The position numbers were made by a program, and so were the translations under genes. A stretch of DNA of 44,290 nucleotides, the filler included, from Jimgerdemannia flammicorona (Eukaryota), in assembly GCA_003990765.1 (NCBI GenBank). It is 2 parts of 2 records of this genome, joined end to end, with 100 filler letters (N's around TTAATTAATTAA, not from the genome) between each part and the next. Parts side by side here need not be neighbours in the genome. Positions count along the whole stretch, not along the records: positions 22,202 to 44,290 come from RBNJ01001337.1; 1 more part is not named here. One strand, given 5' to 3'. Positions 37,001-44,290 of this stretch are shown piece by piece. The notes beneath the pieces were generated by a model, which was given only the letters and a program-made list of their open reading frames with translations, was not told the origin of the DNA and ran no database searches. The stretch's first letter is position 1; every line of letters starts with the position of its first letter.

Positions 37001-39621
37001 GTGGTGGAGAATGGCACGGCGAATGAGGAGAAGAAGGAGGGAGAGGAGAAGCCTGCGCAGCTTTCGACTGAGGAGCAGGTTGCGGCTGAGGATGCGGCAT
37101 CGCTTGATTTCGACTTGACGTTCAATCCGGACGCATTTATCGGCGTTAAGGCTGTTGAGGAGGAGGACTTGGAGAAGTTGCACCAGCAGGAGGGAGTGGT
37201 CCGTGAGGCTTCCAAGTTCTTGAGGGAAACCATTATTCCGGCGTTGGTGAGCATGCAGATTTCATTGTGGCTCTGAATTATCCCCTTACCCTGACTTTTC
37301 TAATACTCGTTCATTTCCTCATCAAACCTTTGCAGATAATCGATTTCACCTCATATATCGTCTCTCCCCTGGACGGTGAGGCTTTAACCAAGATCATGCA
37401 CCGCCGTGGCATCAACATGCGCTACCTCGGCAGGGTTGCCTCTCTGGTCGCCTCTACCGAAGATAAGCGATTGGCCCATATCAAGGTGTGCATTAATAAA
37501 TATCGTGTGCGATATGTAATATGTCGAGCCCTTTGTGATTTCAACAACTCATCGGGGCCTCAATATATGCGATGGCACATCTTTTCTTTACCACTTTGGT
37601 GTATTAGGATTTGGCCGTCCAAGAAATGATTATCCGAGCCAGCAAGCGTATTCTCCGCGGTCTCTTGAACACGGCAGCCATTACCCAGGTGGCCGAGTGC
37701 ACCTCACACTTCCTGAACTGCCTCCTTGGCACCGCATACAACCCAGCACCCGAGGGTGTCGTGTCCGAACCCCTCAAGGCGCCCGCCTACGCCAGCCTGA
37801 CGCCTGCTTCCCTCGCCGACCAAATCCGTTTCGAGGTCCTGCGGCGATTCCGGTACGCTCTGCCAGACTGCTACATCGGCTCGATCAAGAAGCTGCCGAT
37901 GTTGCGCGAGATCTGCCTGCGCGTTGGGTTGCAGGTTGAGGCACGTGATTATCAGTTCGTCCCTAGTGCCGTAGAGGAGGAGGAGGAAACTGCGGTCGAG
38001 GAGCCGAAGGAGGGCGGTAAGAGTAAGAAGGACAAGAAGAAGGGTCAGGCGGTTAAGCAGAAGAAGATCAAGCGGATCACCACGTTTGTGCCGGAGGACG
38101 TGATGAATTTGTTGCCAACCGTCAAGCAAGCTACGACGAGGGTGAGCATTTTAAGCATTTGCCTTCCACTGATATGTAATCTCACAGGCAACTCATCTCG
38201 ATTACCGCTTTCAGAGTCTCTTTGCCGAGGAAGCTTTCGAGGCTGGCAAAATGAGCCTTGCCCAGGGGCAACGCCAACTCGGCCTCGAACTGCTGCTGGA
38301 ATCGTTGGCATTGCATGAGCAAACCTATGGATTCCTCCACCCGGAGACTGCAAAGTGCTACGCCGCCCTGGCCATGATTTACTACCACGGCGAAGACGGC
38401 GAGGCGGCGCTCGATTTCCAGCGGAGAGCTGTCATCGCGTCGGAAAGGACGTCTGGCGTGGATAATCCGGATACGATCCATAACTACGTATGTTGGGTTT
38501 TATTATTGCCGCATCATTGTTTTTCTAATAAATCCGTACATTGTTGCGTGAGGCTGATGTTGCATGTTATGGCTCACTGTTTTTCTTTTGCACACAGTTG
38601 AATCTGGGCTTGTTTGAGCACGCCGCTGGTAGGACCCAATTGGCTCTTCGCTTTCTCCGTCATGCGATGAACTATTGGGATCTTGTTTTCGGGCCCGGTC
38701 ATCCCGATGCTGCGACGGCTGATGTAACTAATTTTTATAATTTTGTCATTTGTTATAAGTTCATCGGTGCCATTAATACTAATTTACCTGCCTTGTACTT
38801 TATTTGTTTGTTTATTCAAAGAACAACGTTGCTGTCATGCTTCAGATCCTTCGCGACTACGATCTCAGCTGCAAGTTCTTTGAGCGCGCTTGTGAAACGC
38901 AAGAGAGCATCCTCGGCAAAGAGCACGTCGTCACCGCCACGAGGTAAGCGACAATTTTGTTGTTAACGACAAACTTACGCTTATTGAACAGGATAGGTTT
39001 CTAACACAACGTACAATATTTGCATATACGCATCCGTGAAGTTATCATATTCTGGCGAAGGCGTTCTCGCTAACAGGCGATTTCAAAAAGGCCTTGGCAG
39101 TGGAGAAGATCGCATATCGCGTTTTCGACGAGAAGGTATGCCGTCATTCACCCTTGTTCCTTATTTTCGTGAATATCACAACCTTACCAATTTCCCTATA
39201 CAATATCGCAGCTCGGTCGAGATGACATCAGGACGAGGGAAAGCGAGTCGTGGCTGAAAGAGTTGACTCAAAATGCTGTATATACTGTACGTCGTTTTCT
39301 CACATGTTGTCGATTTCAATTCCTCATGTTTATTATATGTCACGTTTCGTCGCACAATGTAGTGCCCCATCACGCCATATCCTTGACTCATGTTTACATT
39401 TTTGGTTGGCACAGGCCAAACTGGCATTAGAGCACCAGAAGCAGGGCAAGGTGAACGCGCGCGTCTCAACACCGAAGTCGCAGGCGCTGGAAACCGACCC
39501 CACGGGATCCAAGGGTCATCTGCCGATCGACGAGCTAATGAAGTACATTGGTAGCTCTGACGCTAGTGGGTCGGGGGGGTCGAGGAAAGGAAAGAAGAGG
39601 CAGCAACCCAGAAGGAAGTAA
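34092..39621 (+). CDS. CLU1: Clustered mitochondria protein CLU1/TIF31 (CLU domain + TPR repeats), multi-exon
   Basis: ATG at 34092, TAA at 39619-39621. Motifs SLALSGWNSPP, DWNDELQSHRELP, FFSKGSD, VIVDYKGVRVVAQSIVPG, KGLLGADGRRYLLDLYR, MHRRGINMRYLG, LREICLRVGLQ, and TPR region (HEQTYGFLHPETA). Canonical introns. Confidence 0.93.
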
Positions 39622-39688
39622 ATGAAGACAGGAGATGCAACCGATATTACACGACAGAGCGGTTGTAGTTTGGGATCTGAAAATTAAC

Positions 39689-39691
<3 letters not shown>

Positions 39692-39737
<46 letters not shown>
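39692..39737. repeat. Poly(T) tract downstream of the CLU1 stop
   Basis: Run of ~46 T. Confidence 0.9.
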
Positions 39738-39738
<1 letters not shown>

Positions 39739-40367
39739 TTTTCTTAGTAAAGTACTGTATCATAGACATGTCAACGTGTTCGGTAAAAAAAGAAGAAAAA
39801 AAACTAGAGTTTCCCAAAATATTCTTTTGTTCGTTCCAATTCAGAGTTTTGCACTATATCCCTCTGTATGGAATCTTTTCAAATATTGGTATTTCGTGAT
39901 CAATTGTCATGTTAGGGGAAAGAGAAGAGGTCCAAAATAAAAAGTTAATTACGTAAAGGTCTTAAAGCAGGTGTTTCGAACGCCCACCATCTCCTGATAT
40001 TGTGGAATCTTTTATCCCCACCACATGCTGCTCTGTCCCTCCTTTGCTTCTGCACTCAACCGTTACGCCTGACATTCTATTTCTATATCTCTCATCTATG
40101 ATATAATTCATCAATGGTACCAGGATAATGCCAATTAAATAATGTCGGTAAATACATTCGCGGTTTAAGTGTTGGAAGTTTATTAAAATTATTCTTGTCT
40201 ATAGCGGTCGTTCGCGTTAAGTATTGTCTTTGATGGTGTAACTTGAGATACCAGGATGGTTCGAGTGTGAAATGATGACCGTGTTAGGGAGCAGGGCTAG
40301 GCCTAACAGGTGTCACTTGGTGGTGGCCAGGCTTCACTTTAAAGATTCACTTAGTGGTCGGAAGAGG

Positions 40368-43125
40368 CTATTTAACCTGAAGCGGAGAAGCATCGGCGAA
40401 ACTGCCGGCAACAGGGGCTGCGAATGAATGGACAGATGTTGGGTGAGTGAAATGATCAATGTGATTGTATCACGGCAAGAGAGAGATCAAACACATGTAC
40501 TTACCAGAGCACTTGCTGGCCTTGACCCATTTTCCACCAGAGCAGGTGTACGGTTGAACCAGGGCATTGTTCTTGGCACACTTGGGGTAGAGGCTGAAGT
40601 TCTCAACGGCGACAGGCAAGCTGATGCCGTCAATGGTGGCGGCCGGGCAAAGGTGGGTGGCCTCGAAGGATAAGAACTCGGAAAGGTCTAAAATCGTGAC
40701 GAAAAGAGTATGGTGGTTGGCATGGGAATGGATGGCATGGGGAAATGATGAATGATAAAAATGCTTACTCGGTTGGCCGGTCGCGATGGGGTTGTGATTG
40801 GCGGCACCGGCCAAGTCTTGGTTCTAAAGTAGAAATATTGTTAATGTGCATCATAGAGCAAGGTGGAAAACGACAAGTAGTGGCATGGACAAAAAACGTA
40901 CAATAGACCAATGTACCACCCCGAGCAGACCATTCTGGGCCGCGAACTGGGTTTTCAGAAGCAGACTGAGGCGGTCATCGTAACCAACCCAGTTGGTGGC
41001 GCCCTTTGAGTCAACGTATGTGCCATAGTACGAGTATCCCTGGGTTTTACAATGTGCACTGGTGTTGAGTATGTACAAAAGCAATTGGTTTGCAGACGTG
41101 GCGATCATGTCAACGGGTTTGCAGACTTACCTCTGGGGTGAAGACCGGGGTAAGTTTCTTGGAAGCAATGAGATTGGCAATCTCATAGTAAAAGAGGACA
41201 CCGGAGGATTGGCTGCAATTTCCGGCGGTACCTATGATTTCCGATCCGTTGAAAAGATGGTCAAAGAAAGAGTCAACCTATCGCATTCTCTTCACTAATC
41301 GACGACCCTAATTACAGCTCGAACTTACCTGAGGCGTTCCATGCCGAACCAACATCATTGGTCTCAGAGGGATTCGTGAGCGTGTATGTGTGGCCGTATA
41401 AAGGTAGGCCTGCGATTCGAGAAGATTCGGGGGATATCTGTTAGCAATCAAGTCATATCACTACTCTTTGAATTGAAACCCCACTGAATTGACGTATTAC
41501 CAAGGTTGATCTGCGAGCGGTTCACACCCTGTTTTTCGTAGAACTCAATGCTAGAGTAATCGTTGAAGGCTGAGGAGACGAAGGCAGGGTATTTGAACGT
41601 GTTATTATTTTGCCAATACGTCCAGCATACGAAAGTTTATATGCATAAAACAAAGAGCATTACTCGGATTAGCACCCCCAGAAAGAGGCAAGAGAGGGGA
41701 GTTAACTTCGACGACACCATTCGTGCCATATGGACCGAAGAAATCTTTGTGAGCAACAGTAACAAAGCAAAAATAATATTGTATATTAGAAGTCACATAA
41801 ACTATCAAAAAAGATTGAGAAAGAGAGGAATGTTTGTCTTACATACCGTAAGCTGCATGCGAGGTTTGCAATGTGTTAACCAATTTTCCCAGATTAATGA
41901 TAACCTTTTTTGTATCAAACGAGCGCTTATCTCAAGAGCCGTTACTTACCCATAATATTGAAAAAGTCAACTGTAGTGCGGATTGATATTGATTATTAAC
42001 AGCTGAATTAGGGGGCTACGACACCTCTTGAAATCGATACGCACCATATTTGGCAATGCCGCCAAGATCGTAACCATTAAGATTATCACCTATCGCTGGA
42101 GAGGCCAGCGAGATGATGAAATTGGCAGGAGCAGCTGCACGCAAATCGGCAAACAGGTGGACAGCGTTGACCTTGTCGGCAGCCACGGGCTAAATATAAT
42201 CAAACTTAGAACACAAATATATCTCGCAAGCGATAACAGAGAGAAGGGGTAGGTGATAGTGCAGACTTACGTATTCCCAACTCTATGTAGGCCACGAAGG
42301 CATGCAACAAGAAACCCGTCGATGAGTCGTGATCTCGCGCAATCAATGCAAGATTAGGTTAACAATACTTACAATGTCGAGGCCATCGAAGCCATAGGTC
42401 TGGGCGAATTGGATGGCGGATTTGACAAAAGTCGCACGGGCGGCTGCGCATGCCGCCATCGTGGGGAAGTATGCGTTGGTTGGAGGGGTTTGGGAGAATG
42501 TATACCCGCCAATGGAGAGGAGCTAAAAGGAATAGGGGAAGTCGTCTCTTGAGATCAGTAGATAAATTTTCGAATAATTAGCTAAAATCTTTATTCGATT
42601 GGGTTCCTACCGTCTTGGTCTTGCCCTTTTTGCCATTGATTTCCTTGAAGAAGGTGACATCGTCCCACTCAACGGGCTCAACTTCGTAGGTGCTGTTGAT
42701 CTTGACGAAGGCGTAAAAAATGTAGTCGTAGTTCTCATAGGTGATGTTGATAGGCTTGAAAGGGGAGCATGGGTTGTACTGCGCCCTAGAAAACGAACAT
42801 AGAAAAGTCTCTTTGTCAATTACAATGCTCGATTAGCTTTGAGCGAAGAGTTATTGTACGGACCAGTTCGTGAAGTAGCCTAAGCGCTTTAATGGTGGCG
42901 GATTGGTATGGTGGGCAGGCGCTGACAGACCTGTGTATGTATTCCATTCCAAATATCAGTAGAGCACTTACTTCATTCATGCCCATAAAATATAGAGTCC
43001 CGGATAAAAAATAAAAAGAAATTGAATGGGGATGACACTTAATCATTGTTGTTCGTACCTTCGGCGATCAGGCACGACAGGAGTGCCGCGCCAACTAAGA
43101 GCTTATGGAACATTTTAGTCGACAT
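40368..43125 (-). CDS. GH18 chitinase-family protein, secreted, many small exons, short Cys-containing C-terminal extension
   Basis: Signal-like N-terminus MSTKMFHKLLVGAALLSCLIAE; motifs FFYAF, LLSIGG, FDGLDI/SWEY/P, GLPLYG, WVGYDD, GLLGVVHWSI. The end coordinate depends on the choice of last exon. Confidence 0.87.
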
Positions 43126-44222
43126 GGTGATGGATGGTAGTCTGGCTCTACGGGCTGACGGTCAATCGAGAAAGGGAGAAGTGGAGGGAGGGGAAAAGGT
43201 TGATGGATGTGGAGAGAGAGCTCAACTGCAACACGCCCCAGTTCACATCAACCTCCTCATTTATACTCTTTGTTCGGGAGCAAGATGGCCGTGCTACCGT
43301 GTAGCTTCGGCTGAACAGGCTTGCGGACTTTAACTATGAAGGTCTTCGCACAGTGGAAACGGGATATAGGATGGTACAGCGGGATTCCAACCTCCATAAA
43401 AGGCAACTTGATCACACCAGTACAAAGCAGGGCGTATTGCCCAATGCAGAGATCCGACTCCAGGTAGGAGCAAAACTTTGGAAGACCGACACTTAAGACC
43501 GACTGGAGGCTGGCGCATCCACTACTATATGTTTTATGAGCCACGATACTTACTGTACTTTGTACTCGAACGTCGGCTTGTGTGCTAGCAGAGAAAATTG
43601 CATGGTCCATCGGCAGGAAGTCTAGAAATATATCGATTCGTACACTGCAGTATATGGGCAACCTGGCCTCACCATTTGGGGATTCCTTCTCAAAAAATGG
43701 AATGAGTCCCTTCCACGGAATGTTAGGAGTTTGAAAACGTGAGAAGCTCCGCTAAGATTTTGAACTAGGAGAAGCAATGAGTCACTTTCTCTGGTACGGC
43801 AGAGGTAAAGCAGTGAATAATGACCGCCTTCGCCTTCGAGAGTACTATGGGCAACGAATTTGGGTAGATGATAGACACACAATATAACCGCATCATTAAC
43901 GGATAATAGAAGGCGGCCGGCAATACGCGACATTATTTGACTTTTGGACGCGTGTATTCCACGTTACCTAGTGTCACACAATTAAATCATGGCACGCGCA
44001 ATTTCCTGTTATAACCAATTATGATTAGTAAGGACCAAAAAAGGATAAAATGGTTGATAATACATTCTGAACATAGTTAGGCTGGAACTTAAATAGGAAA
44101 ATCTTGCTCACCAACTACGTTTTCAAAAATATCGATTCCAACCATAATATATACATCTACATCAATCGATAAGCATAACATATGAGATGTGTAATGGCAC
44201 ATTGGCACATTTTTGTTGCTAT

Positions 44223-44226
<4 letters not shown>

Positions 44227-44290
<64 letters not shown>
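44227..44290. repeat. Long poly(T) running off the window; possibly the poly(A) tail of a minus-strand retroelement
   Basis: Run of >60 T at the window edge. Confidence 0.6.

Noticed and set aside
43130..44226. Short ORFs upstream of the chitinase
   Set aside because: No recognisable motifs or consistent exon structure; probably promoter or intergenic DNA.

Overview
Eukaryotic genomic DNA, most likely fungal (short GT-AG introns, CLU1 and GH18 genes; taxon is inference). The first ~33 kb is a nest of decayed transposable elements. It holds two copies of an L1/Tx1-type LINE, a full-length Ty3/Gypsy chromovirus (9072-19735) with a dUTPase between Gag and protease and 2072-bp LTRs that each contain a ~365-codon ORF, a fragment of a second copy of that Gypsy, a hAT-type MITE, and a poly(A)-tailed ~1.2 kb element in two copies. 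After an assembly gap comes a hAT transposon. Between its transposase and right terminal repeat it appears to carry a 5-exon pseudogene whose C-terminus resembles a TET/JBP-type 2-oxoglutarate/Fe(II) dioxygenase; this is the most interesting candidate system. A hyper-mutated AT-rich relic zone follows. The last ~11 kb is ordinary gene space with CLU1/TIF31 (+) and a GH18 chitinase-family gene (-). All calls come from reading and hand translation; no database searches were run.
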